Source: Antechinus flavipes (lineage: Eukaryota). From it: a DNA stretch of 64,000 nt. Under the pieces are notes generated by a model, which saw nothing but the letters and a program-made list of their open reading frames with translations, did not search any database and was not told the DNA's origin. A program made the position numbers and the translations under genes. The stretch lies in the NCBI RefSeq assembly GCF_016432865.1, contig NC_067400.1, positions 617,086,001-617,150,000 on the forward strand, in the 5' to 3' direction. This document shows positions 20,376-32,500 of the stretch, piece by piece; position 1 is the stretch's first letter; the number at the start of each line of letters is the position of its first letter.

Positions 20376-23300
20376 ATGGCCAGGCCCTATGCGGCTGTGG
20401 GCGCCGCTGGGACGATGCCCTCCGTGGGCCAGGCTCGCTTCCGACTGGATCGCTTTGTGGACCCCGACAGCTGTCAGGGGAAAGGTAGAGGGTGTCCCCC
20501 CGGGCCCGGACCACCTTGATCCTTCCCAGGGGGAGACAGACTCAGGGCTGAGGGAGGAGAGGGAGCTCAGTTTGGTGGGGAGGGGGTGGGCGGCGGTGTC
20601 GGCCTGGCAGGGAGGGATGGCAGCAGGGGTCGCTGGCTAGGGCACTGGTTTGTCAGAGCCGCAGTTTGCCGAAGGGGGCGAGGATGACCGACCACCAGCC
20701 AATGAGGACCCTGATGGAATACCGCCTTCTCGGGGCTTCTGGGAGAGGGAAATGTGACCAAGGGGCTCCGGGAGCCCCTGACCTCCTCTGCTGGGGTGAG
20801 GGGAGGGCAGCTGCCCCTCATCGCCCCCCCTTCTCTCAGACCTCTTTGTGGGACACCCCTCATGTGCCCGCAAGGCTGCCCCCCTGCAGCCCCATTCGGC
20901 CACCTCTTCTCAGGCGCAGGAGCCTCAGCCCTCATCCTCCGCTCCGGCCTCCACGTGGCCCTCCCCCGTCATCTCCAGAGACCCTCCCTCTCCTCCTCCC
21001 GGCGCAGGAGGGGTGGGGGTCTGGCTTCTACTTCTTCCCCGGGCGAGCGGGCATCTCTGCCGCTCGTGCCCCCTCGGTCCCGGGCCCCGGCCTAGTCATC
21101 GCCCGGTCTTCCTTCTTTCTAGGATTCCGTCCCCAGCGGCGCCAGGATGGAGCGGCCTTTCGGCCTCCCGCCATGGGCTCTGCCCACCATGCCCACAGGC
21201 CACACCCGGGGAACGCCCGGGGCTGGTCCCCCTCCTTCCAAGCCCCCAGGAACGGAGGCTACTGGCTCAGGCAGCCGGGGGCGGCTCCCATGCCCCCAAA
21301 GCAGATGCCCCTGCGGCAGCGGCACTGTCCGGGTGAAGACCGTGTCAGAGGCTGCCCCGCGGGCAAAGGCCACGAGACGGCGCGAGACCGCCCCCCTCCG
21401 GCGGCCACCCTGCCCCCCTCTCCGCGGGCTGACACCGGCCCCGAAGTCCGGGTCCCCAGCCCTGCCCGGCCCTTCCCAGCCCTGGGAGCCTGTAGCGCCG
21501 GCTCCTTCTCCGCTGGTACTTCTCTTCCCTCGGACTCTTCTCGGGGCTCCTGGCTGTCCCTCCCCCTCCGCTCCCGCGCTGTGGGAACCTCTTGGTTTTC
21601 GGGGCAGGGCAGCGTCCCCCTCTCCTCCTCTGGGCTCCTGCTCCAGGTTCTGGGGGCCGCCGGCCCTTCGGGGGCTGCGCTCGCTCTGGGAGGCCTGGCC
21701 CGGGCCGTAGGTCCCTCCCTGCCGCCGCCGCGGGTTCTCTTCCCCCCAAGCTCTGACCATCCACCCTCCTCCCAGCCTCCGGCCCGGGGCCGAGCTCCCA
21801 TTTCCCGTCTCCGCCGGGTGCTGTCCGGAGGTCCCGGGGCTGGACGTCGGGCGAAGCCGAGCTCAGGAGGCCGAGGATCAGGGCCCAGTGGGCGAGGACT
21901 CGGCCACGGGAGGGGCTCGGCTCACTCTCCTTGCATCTTTCCCGGCTCTTCTCCGGGCCGAGGCCCTTGGCGGGGCGGCCTCCGCTCTCCCCAGCGCTCC
22001 CGGGCCCGAAGGCCCGAGATCCGGCGCTTCCTGCTCTCCGAGTCCGCTGGGACTTGGCGTCCGGCTCCGTTTCTTGCTTTCCCTCACTCCGGCCCGTGGG
22101 GGTCTCAGGCTCACCTCCCTCCCCCTCTGCTCGCGCCGGGCCCCCGGCCCCCGTGCCCTCCTCGCCACCCACGCCCGCCTCCACTGCTCCTTTCTCCAGG
22201 GAGCACCGCCAGTTTCCTCGGCGACCCCCTCGCCCAGCAGGCCCTGACCCCTAAGGCCGGATCACACGGCCGTGCTCCCCTGCGGAGGCTTCTGTGCTCC
22301 CGCGGCCTCCTGGGGGCTCCGGGGAAAGCTCCGGCCTCAGTCAGAGCCCGAGCACAAGGCGAAGGAGCTTCCGGCCTCCACGTTTGGGCTCCGGATCGGT
22401 CTGAGGAGCCGCCTCTGCCCGGGGAGGGGAGGCCGGGGTCCGGCCTCGGGGCTCTGGGGCTGCTCGTGGGCTCTGGCTCCTGCGCTGCAGCTGGCGATGG
22501 GGGCAGGGAGCCTGGGGCTGGCTCGGGGACCAGGTTCTCCTGTTGGCGGCTGCTTCTGGGGGACACGGCTGCTTTCTGGGGCTGTCACTGGGAGGCGGGA
22601 GGGGGAGCCGCGGCCCCGCCTCACAGCCCCCCTCGCCCGCAGACATAGTGACGGAGGACGACGTCTACTGCAGCTGCCTGTCCAAGACGCTGTGCCACGT
22701 GCCCACGCCCGTGACCGTGGGCTTCTACGCGCCCTTCGGCTGCCGCCTGCACATGATGCTGGATAAAATCACAGGTGGGTCCAGGGGCCCCGGCGGCCCG
22801 GGTGTCCTCTGAGGGGAGGGCCAGGGCCGCCTGACCCTCGGGCTGCCCTCTCCGAAGGGGCTCGGTCCCCGCCACCCGCCCCCACACCGGCAGCCCTGGG
22901 GTCCGGTCCCCGCCCCCCGCCCGCTGACGGGCCTCCTCTCGCAGCCCTCATGCAGAAGGAGGCGGCGCAGCGGGAGGCGGAGGAGCTGCAGCAAGTGCGC
23001 TGGAGGCCGCGGCAGGTGCACGGCTGGGGCTTCCCGCGGCTGCTCTGGTACCTGGTCTTCTACCAGCCGGTCATCACGGAGCTGCACCTGCGCCGGAAGA
23101 ACGTGCACTTCCTGTTCGTGCGCTTCAGCGCCTGGCAGTACGCGGGCACCGACAAGCTGTGGGCCGGGCTGGTGACCACGCTGTGCGACGGCATCCGCGA
23201 GCACTACGGGGCGCTGCCCTTCAGCCTCTACACGGTGGTGGGCAACAAGCCGGCCGCGGCCCCCGACTGCTGCCAGCGCGAGTGGCACTGCCGGCGCCGC

Positions 23301-24788
23301 GTGTGCCTGGTGCTGCTGGCGCTGGCGGCGGCGCTGGCGCTGGGCGTGGGCCTGCTCTACCTCTCCCTCGGCGGCCGCGCGCCCGGCAGGGAGGGGGGCG
23401 GCCACGGCAGCCTGCTCAAGGTCTTCGGGGGCGCCGCCACCACGCTGTCGGGCTCGGGCCTGCTGATGGCGCTCTACTCGGTGGGCAAGCACCTGTTCGT
23501 GAGCCAGCGCAAGAAGATAGAGCGGCTGGTGACGCGCGAGAAGTTCGGGAGCCAGCTGGGCTTCATGTGCGAGGTCAAGAAGGAGGTGGAGCTGCTCACC
23601 AACTACCTGCGCTTCCTGGAGATCTTCCAGCGGCGGCGGCTGCGCGTGGTCCTGGAGGTCACGGGGCTCGACACCTGCTCCTCCGAGCGCGTGGTGGGCG
23701 TGCTCGACGCCATCAACACGCTGCTCTCCGACGGCCAGGCGCCCTTCATCTTCATCCTGGTGGTGGACCCGCACATCCTGGCCTCCTGCCTGGAGAGCGC
23801 CAGCTCCATGAAGGGCGTGGCCGACAACGGCTACCTCTTCCTCAACCGCACCGTCACGCTGCCCTTCTCGGTGCCCATCATGGGGCGCCGCACCAAGCTG
23901 CGCTTCCTGGAGGACGCCGTGCAGAGCCGGGACGACCTGCTGTACCGGGCCATCGGGCGGCAGCCGCGGGGCGGCCAGAAGGGGGAGGCCCCCGCGGCCG
24001 AGGGCGCCGAGCTGCTGCAAGTGGAGGCGGCGGGGGGGCCGGAGCAGGGCATCGAGGCCGAGGCCGGGCGCCGCATCCGCGAGGCCCTCTTCTGCCTGCA
24101 CGACGAGCGCGACTGTCTCTACGAGTACGTCCCGGACAACGTGGTCTCCATGCGGCGCATCGTCAACACGGTGCCCATCACCGTGAGGCTGCTGCACGAG
24201 CACCAGGCCCGCGGCGAGGGCTCCGGGCCCACGCCGCGCCAGGCCGTGGCCTGGGTGGTCCTGGCCAATCAGTGGCCCTGCCGGCTGAGCTGGGCCCTGC
24301 AGTGCCTCGAAGACCGCCAGCAGGTGGAGGGGGGCCCGGACCCCCAAGCTCTCCTCTGGGGCATCTTCCGCGACAACAGCCGCGAGCTCCACACCATGAC
24401 CAAGGCCCTGCAGAACGTGGTGGACCTGGACGGGGACCCCGAGCTCTTCGCCCGCTTCCTGGGCGTCGACTTCCCCTTCACCGTGGCAGAGGCCCAGAGT
24501 CTGCTCTGCTGCACCGTCAACCTAGACCACTCCATCCGCCGCCGCATGGGACTCATCCGCAGCATCCGCGCCCTTGACCCCCAGGGTGGTGACCCCCGGG
24601 GCTCCGCCTCCCACCCGGAGAAGCCTTCCTCCCCCCACCGGGACCGGCCCCTCCATGCAGGCGGCATCCATGCCCTCGACCCTCAGGGCGGTGACCCCCG
24701 GCGCTCTGCCTCCCACCCAGAGAAGCCTTCCTCCCCCCACCGGGACCGGCCCTTCCACATGGGCAGCAAAGCGGGCACCATCTCCTGA
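20376..24788 (+). CDS. NKPD1: NTPase KAP family P-loop domain-containing protein 1 (about 825 aa)
   Basis: join 20376-20484, 21123-21515, 22643-22774, 22945-24788 (2478 nt = 826 codons). DIVTEDDVYCSCL..GFYAPFGCRLHMMLDKIT..FSAWQYAGTDKLWAGLV..VVLANQWPCRLSW match the known protein. The first coding exon is assigned by splice phase and partial similarity (F.DP....KG), so it is less certain. Confidence 0.93.
24562..24760 (+). repeat. 102-bp in-frame tandem duplication in the NKPD1 C-terminal coding region
   Basis: ALDPQGGDPRGSASHPEKPSSPHRDRPLH at 24570 and ALDPQGGDPRRSASHPEKPSSPHRDRPFH at 24672. Confidence 0.92.
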
Positions 24789-25076
24789 GCGGGGGGCGAT
24801 CAAGGCGGGACAGTCGCGTCCCACTCGTTCCTGGACGCAGAGAGGGCGGCAGCGCGGGTCGGGGGCCCCGGCCAGCAGTGAGAGGCCATCCTGCAGACCG
24901 CTGCCCGTGAGCGTCAGGGCCCCACTTTTCCAGCTCCCAGTGAAGCAGTGTTATGAACTCGGGCCTCGAGTGGTCTCCCAGCAGTGTGTGTGTGAGTGTG
25001 AGTGTGAGTGTGTGTGTGAGTGTGTGTGTGCGAGCGCGTGTGTCGGGAGACCCACTGGAAACCCCCTCTTCAGTGC

Positions 25077-25082
25077 AATAAA
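25077..25082 (+). terminator. NKPD1 polyA signal AATAAA
   Basis: About 290 nt after the stop codon, following a GT/GAGTGT repeat in the 3' UTR. Confidence 0.7.
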
Positions 25083-26026
25083 GACGTGTCTCAGTCAGAG
25101 TGGGCTTCAGAGCCGGCCCGTGGGGGCGCGTGGCCCCAGGCAGGCCCCACTAGGGCGGAGCACTCTCCCCTCAGGGTAAACTGGCATTTCTGGAGGATGC
25201 TGCGTCCCAGGAAGAGGAACTACGTTGGGGGGGGGGAGGAGGTAAGAGGGAAGACACCACTCACCTCCCAGCCCTGGGGCCACCTGCCCAACCAGTTCTT
25301 CTTTTGGGCTCACAAAGGGTGGGGCACTCAGGGATCAAATGGGGGGAGGGCCATGACGTCATCCCCACTGCTCGGGGAACAAGGGGGAAACGCACCCACT
25401 CCCAAGTCGGTCACTGTGGGCCCAGCTTGGAGTCGGGGGCTTTGCCTCCATCTCACAATCGCACCCTGGGGATGGTCAGGGTGCCGGCAGCCCAGGGCAG
25501 CCTCTAAACCCCAGATGTTCTACACAATCTAAACTCAGGCTCACCCCCCCATCCCCTGCTTCAGATGAACACGGGGGTGCCCTTGGGGGCCAGCCCCCCC
25601 CCCCCCCGAGTGTGAATGTCCCGCTCTGACCTCACTGCAGTGCAGGGAGCCTGGTGGGGCCATCCCCATCGCCCCATCACCTGGCACCTGGTGCCTGCTT
25701 CTCTTCCAACAGGCCCATGCTACCACAGACGGGAAATGTGCCCTTTCTAAACAAGCATTTCCATTTGACCTCCTGGGTCACCAAAGAAAGAAGGACTCGG
25801 GGCTCCCCATGCTGGCGACGGAGGCGTTTAATAGAAAAAAGTCTGACCAGAGATGTGTGCCGCAGGGAGAGGAGGGGCCCCACCAGGGTCTGCCCCGCCC
25901 CCACCCCAATTCCTCTCTCTGAGGCTTATCTCCAGGCGGAATGCCGAGAAGCGGGCTCCCCGCCGCTGCCAGGGAGCCCCTCTGACCCCCAGGCGCCACC
26001 TGGACACCTCCGAGCTCCCTGATAAA

Positions 26027-26032
26027 TTTATT
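26027..26032 (-). terminator. PPP1R37 polyA signal AATAAA (a second ATTAAA at 25827-25832)
   Basis: TTTATT on plus, downstream of the last coding exon; a 3' UTR intron starts at donor 26590/26589. Confidence 0.55.
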
Positions 26033-26597
26033 GCACTTGAGTAAAGAGAGCTCTCCTCATCAGCCCCTCGGGCCCCTCTCCGGCTCCACGTGCCCCTCGG
26101 CCCAGGGCCTCTCCCCTGGTCTGACGCTCATCAGTACCGTGCGCCGTCCCTGCCCCCCTGGGGCCGACCCAAGTTGTGCACACCTCCCTCCCCGGGCCTC
26201 CCTGAGAGAACCCACCTCCTTCCACCCCCTGGGCCTGCTCGTCCCAGTCTCTGGTCCTTCCTCAGAGAGGGGAGGGGGAAATAAATAGAGGTGCTTAGAT
26301 GGGGATCCAGGGATCCGGGGAAGGAAGGGGGCGGATCTGCTTCCCAGGGGTCCCTCGTAGTGTTTCCTCAGGCGCCTGCTTCCCCCAGCCCCGGGGGCCG
26401 CTGGCCCAGGACGGGCCCCCATCCTGGAGAGCCGGAATGGAGGGCGTCTGGATCCCGGGCACAGGGCGGGGTCTCAGGTCCTCGAAGCCTGACCAGAGAA
26501 AGATCTTGGGGGGAGAAGAGAAGGGATGAGCCCCTTGGACCCTGTTTCCTCAGCCCCCCGACCCCCTGGGCCTCTCCCCCGCCCCTCACCTCAGGCG

Positions 26598-29500
26598 TCA
26601 CAGTGTCTCCTGTCCTGACTCCTGACTGGCTTCCAGAAGCAACTCTTCCAGCTCCTTCTCGTTCTTGGAGCAGCTCAGTTCTAGGGTTCAGAGAGGAGCA
26701 GAGGGAATGTCATGAGTGACCCAGTGTCCCAGGACGGTCACTGGAACCCCAGCAGGATGCTGCCCAACATCCCGGGGCGATGAACCATCCTGAGCCAGAC
26801 CTGCCCCTTTGTGGGCTGCCGGCACCCCCGGCCCAGAAGCCTCTGGAAACGTGAGCAGGGCAGGGTTCTGCCCTTGCCCAAGCCTCACACTGGCCCCACT
26901 TCCCACCCCTCACAGAAGGCTGGGGGCTCCCCGCCAGCCCCTGGAGCTACGGGGGGTCCAAGGCTCTCCTATGGATGCCAAGGCTTTAGCCCGGGCAGCC
27001 CCCAAACCCATGAGGGCGCCAAATGGAGGCTGAGCCCCGCCAACCCCCACATCCCTCATGAGGGAAAGGAGAGGCCAGGATGGCCCGGGAGCTTGAAGCC
27101 GCAAGTGAGGGCTCTCACGGGCCCCGGTGCAGGGACCACGCTGGGACCCCCCGGGCGCAGTGAGCTCAGAGACGGTGAGTGACAGAGCCGAGAGTCAGGA
27201 CCCCGCGCTGGAGGCAGCCGGTGCAGGCTTGTGTCCAGACTGTCCCAGGGCCCCCTCACGCTCTGACACTGACCGAGGCGCCTCGGGCCACGGGTCTTCA
27301 TCTGACAGACGGGAGGCTCCCTGCTGGACAGCTGCCCATGACGCCCAGAGGCCTGAGCTGGGAGCCATCTAAGTGGGGGAGGGGTGGAGGAGAGGACGCC
27401 GGTAGGGTCAAGACGGGAGAGAAGCTGCCCCCGTGGCCCAGGGCCCGCGCTCACCATGTTCTAGGCCACAGCCGCCACCCTTGCCCTCTGGTCCTCCGTG
27501 GCCGGCAGGGGAATCGGGCAGTGCATGAGCAAACTCTGGCTTCAGCCCATTGGGCAGTGGTAGGTCCGGAGGGCCGGGACCGGGGCCAGCCCCTGACCTG
27601 TTGGCCGGGGCCTCAGTCTGCAGGGCCGGGGCCTCGCCCGCCTTTTCTGGGGGGCTTTCTACCCGAGTCACCACGAACACCTTGTGTCCTCGGCCGGGGC
27701 TGGACACCGAGATGCGTTTCTCGGCGCCTGGCAGCTCTGGCCTGGGCCCGCTGGGGCTCTCCGGAGGAGCCTCTGGGCCTGAGGGGGCCGGGCTGCCCGG
27801 AGGGGTCCTAGCTCTGGAGCTCAGGTAGTTCCCGCTAACGGTGCAAAGCTGAACCTCGGGGCTCCGCGTTGCCTCGTGCTCTCGGCCCCCATCGTCCTCG
27901 TCCTCGTCCTCCTCCTCCTCGGTGTCAGAGTCCGAGTCCTCGGCCGGCCCGGGGGCCTCGGGCCTGGCCTCTCCCAAGTCCCCGTTCTCCTGGGCCTCGT
28001 CGGCCGGCTCTCCCAGCACCGTGACCTCCTCTTGGGCGGCCTCGGTGACCGTGATCTCGGGCATGGAGGCTGAGAGCTGCAGCTGCTGTTCCTTCTCCTC
28101 CTCCTCCCGGGCCAGGACAAAGTTGCGCTTGCACCCATTCTGGATCTCTGCCAGCAGGGCTTTCTGGGTCTCGATAAAGCTCTTTACCTGCCAGCGGGGC
28201 AGACAGGGCTACTGGAGGGAGGGTCGAAGCCAGGCCCTGCACCCCCAGGATGCCCCAGACCCGCCCCGAGCCCGCCTCTCTTCAGGTGGAGGGGACCCCA
28301 CTCACTGCCTCCTTCTTGGGCTCCCGGTCCAAATCAAGGCGCAGCAGCGACTGGTTGACCTTGAGGGCCAAGGACAGGGCCATCAGCCCCCCAGTCTTGA
28401 TCTCGTTCTCCCGAAGGTCCAGCCGGAGCAGGCGAGGGCTCTCGGCAATGAATTCTGCTACTGCCACCGCTCCTGGGGAGACCAAGCCCAGCCAGGGCCC
28501 CCGGTGAGAAGAGAGACTCCGAGCCAAGGTCACTCTGTCCTGCCCTCGGAGCCTACTCTCTCTCCCTCTGCTCCTTCCACCATCCCTCCAGTCCAAAGAC
28601 TTCTTCGGACTCCTCCCAAGGCTGGGCCTCCACAACCAGGCTCGGGGCTTTCCCGTCTCCCTCTTCCCCCCATCCCTGGCTCAGTCCCACCTCACTCCTT
28701 CCTGTTTCTCAGGCTGCCCTTCCCTCCAACCCCCCTCCCCCTGCCCAGCCCCTCACCCTCGCACGTCAGCTTTGTGGAGGCCAGTCCCAGGCGCAGGACG
28801 CTGCGGTTTCCGATCAGCCCATTTTTGAGGTTCCGGACACCCTCATTTCCAATAGGGTTGTGGCCCAGATTCAGAGTTTCCAGGCTCTGAGTATGGGGCT
28901 ACGGACAAGAAAAATTGGGGAGACAGAATGTGGGCCAGAGAGCAGGCAGGGCCCTGCCTGGTGAGAAGGCGCAAAGGTGGCCCCCCCCAGGAGGCAGGAC
29001 ACGGGAAATCAGTGGCCAATCCCCATGGGGGAAGGACCTCCCCGGCTGGCATCCGGTCACTAGTGGGCCCAGGCTCCTGCAACGTCCCCCAGGGCTCTTC
29101 CAGCTCTGATTTACCAACTATAACGGGGGATCTCGGGACCCAACGGGACTGGGGCTGTGGCACAGGGAGCCGGCCAAGCCCAAGGTCAAGTGCTCCATGG
29201 CCTTCCTCCCATGACACGCATGCGCATGCCCTCCACGCACACACGTGTACACAAGAGACAGCGCACACACGCACAGCATTTCCCCGGTCCTATGTTGGAT
29301 GGAAGGACCCCACTTCCTGACTCTGACTGCCTGAGCTCACTCTCTCTCTCTGTAACATGGGGGACCATCCCTTCTTGGGCCCTGTCACTCACCAGCGTCA
29401 TGCCCAGGAACGCCATGCCGGTGTGTGTCAGCTGATTGTTCCAAAGGACGAGGGTGGCCAGCCCCTTCCTCTGCTCCTTCAGGCCCTCACAGATGTAGGC

Positions 29501-32500
29501 CAGACCTGGGGGAACAAGCCGGAGGCTGCTTTGAGTCCTGCTCGGCTTCTTTCCCTCCCGCTTCCCAAGCTCCCTATTTCTAGCCTGAAAGGACAGAGCT
29601 CGGGAAGGAAAAGGAAAAGGTCTCGTCCGAGAAACAAACCCAGGCCCGGCTCCTGGCGGAGCGAAGGCTGAGGAGCTCGCTCAATGCTGGGACCCTCTCC
29701 CCGCCCCATTTTACAGATGGAGAGTCTGAGGCAAACACAGACATGGGCACGATTTCTGGACCACTAGTGACCTTCCCACCAATTCGGGGTAAGCGGCGTT
29801 CCTCTTGGATGGCTTCTGGCCAGGAAGAAGCGAACCCCTCTCCTGCTTGGCTCCATCTCCCATCCCCAAGGGGAGGCGGCTACCCTGCCCACCTGAGTCC
29901 AGAATGTGGTTGTTCCGAAGGTCCAGGATCTGGATGGAGCAGTTGAACTTGAGAAGGTTCCCGAGCTGGGCCGAGTCCTGGAGCCCATTCAGTTTGTTGT
30001 CGGCAAGGTACAGCTCCCGAAGGTTCATATTCATCTTGAGGGCGGTGGCTGCCAGGGGCACGCCCAGGACCATGAGCCCCCTGCCCTCGCCCACTCCTCT
30101 CTCCCCACCTCGGTTCCCTCTGTTCTAGCCCATAGCTCCTCCTGCTGCCCTGTTCCGTGGGATTTCCCAATCACCAGGGTCATCACTGGGAACATGGAAG
30201 CCACTAAACCGTTATTTATCACCCTATTAAAAACCCAGGGAAAGGCTGAGCCTTTCATCACAAAGTCAGAGAGGAGTCACGGACTTTAAGAACCCCAGAA
30301 CCCCCAATTGCCAAAGTCCGAAAGGGCCAAGAACTACCGGCCCAAGCATCATTTACGGAGCGAGGCCTGAAGCCCGGGAAGGGGCCTGCCCCAAGCCACC
30401 CAGCCTGCCGGGCCGGAGCAGAAGCCGTGCCGAGACTTGGACGGGGTCTCGCCGCTACGGTGCGAGTCCCGGGAGGCTCAGGTGCTGCCCCGAAGCCTCT
30501 CCGGGCCCTTGCCAGGCGCCACTCACCAAGAAGCACAAGGGGCCGCCCGGACAAGCTAGCGTTCTCCAGGTGCAGCACCGTGAGGCTGCTGCTTATACGC
30601 AGCGCCCGAGCCACAAAGGGGGCCGAGTGGTCCAGCAGGGGGGTGTTGTGGGCATCCAGGTACTGCAGGCAGTTTGTCTAGTGGGACCCAAAGAGCACCA
30701 GGTCAGAGTCTGGAGCTCCATCGCCCCACCTGAGCCTCCCATGGCCTCCATTAGCTCCCCTATATCTCCACCCACGGGGATGCACCAAGCAAAACCCTCA
30801 GTCAAGCTTTTACATGGTGGCTCTCCAGAGCCTCCTGACTGCTTCGGACCCACACCCAAATGTTCTGCCCAAGGCTGCAGGGGGCACTCGGCCCGATACC
30901 CTAGGGCATGTGTGTCCCTCGGCACATGGTGGGCTCTCTGAGCTGTAGGGAATTTTGCCAATAGTACTGCACTCAGGGAGCTGAAGGGAGACAGAACGCG
31001 CTGTGATGCTGGCAGGGAGGGGGGCAGGTCCCTGCAGGGATCCTTGCTCTCAGACATGTGACGCAGAAGGAGTGTGAAGGAAGACCTCAGAAGGGGCTCA
31101 GAACTACTGTGACCTCCAAGGCCTGGAGGTGGACACTGACCTTCCGCATCATGTGAGCAGCGGCCTGCCAGCCCCTCGTGCCAATGTGCTTATTGAAGGA
31201 GATGTTGAGATGGGTGGCCGACTCATAGTATTCTATCATGTCGAACAGTGCAGATGCTCCCTGAGGGAAAGAGGAAGAGGAAGAATCTTCCAGGCACCAG
31301 CAGGTGACAGGTGCAGCCGCGGCAGGCCCGGTCAGAAAGCCCCAAGTCCCTGGCTGTCCTCCCCCCCAGGGCAGATGTGAGTCCCCAGAAATGGAGCTTC
31401 GTTGGCCAATCCCCCCGCCAGTGCCCCGGCAGCTCGCTTGGGCTCAGGGGTCCCACTCACATCCTCATCCAGGCTTGTCTGCTCCAAGTCCACCACCTTA
31501 AACTGCAGCCGTTTGAAGATTTCTTCCAGGGCCTCACAGGCTTTGTAATCCAGCTTCTCTCCTGGAATAAAACCATTAGGAGGCAGGGTCCTGTCTATCG
31601 CCGCACACCCTCACCCTCACCTGGGGTGCCCAGATCTTGTTATTCTGGGGGGGGGGGTAACTTCTGGCCCTCCCGTGGCCCTGAGGCGGAAGTGTTTCAA
31701 GGTGTTATGAGATCTTCAAAAAGTTGGCGAGGAGGGGCAGCTAGGGGGTGCAGTGGAGAGAGCACTGGCCCTGAAATCAGGAGGACCTGAGTTCAAATCT
31801 GGTCTCAGATACTTAGCTGTGTGACCCTGGGCAAGTCACCCCAATTGCCTCAGCAAAAAAAAAAAAAAGTTGGCAGGGATTCTAGCTGGAGACTGTGTTC
31901 ACTTCTAGTTCTGACACAGACCCCATCCCTCCTTCTGAGAGATCACAACAAGCAGGACACTGAAGGTGGACACCCTGCCCCTTGAAGCCTCATCAGCCAG
32001 CGGCCCCCATATCTCAGCAGAGAGCCAGCCCCTGCCTCCCAAGGCATGACTTCCCTTCTTCTGGCTCTCTGCCCTTTTCCCTTGACCTGCTCTGGCCGGC
32101 CTCTGCTCTCCCTGGTGTGAACCACTGCGTGGTCTAACTGGCCCTCTCTGGAGCTCTAAATGGCCAACCTAGCCCTGGCCCACGGATTCTCAGTCGGCCC
32201 CCGCCACTCTTGACAACGGTATCTGGGGCTGGCAGGAACCTGAGATCACCAAGCACGGCCCCTCCTTTTTCACAGATGGGCCACCAGTGACATACCCGGT
32301 GTCCGAGGGAACAAAGGGCAGAGTGAGGCTGAGGGTCCAGCCCTCCCCCGCCTCCTTCCCCAGCCCACCCAGGAGATGCAGGCAAGCTCTGGACACCAAC
32401 CTTTCAGATCAAGGCAGTCGATCCGGTGCGCCAAGTCAGTAAATTCCTGCAAAGAGTAAAGGCAGTGCTTAGGATGCCGGTGCCCCACAGGCCCCCAGAC

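Noticed and set aside
20666-22648. 660-aa ORF running through NKPD1 exon and introns
   Set aside because: Only 21123-21515 is homologous to NKPD1. The rest is very GC-rich intron with few stops by composition, and retaining the 1127-nt intron would frameshift into a stop.
22725-24577. 555-aa antisense ORF and 472-aa alternative-frame ORF over NKPD1
   Set aside because: Shadow ORFs expected from extreme GC3 codon bias.
27922-28890. 322-aa plus-strand ORF over PPP1R37 exons 9-11
   Set aside because: Antisense shadow of GC-rich coding exons.
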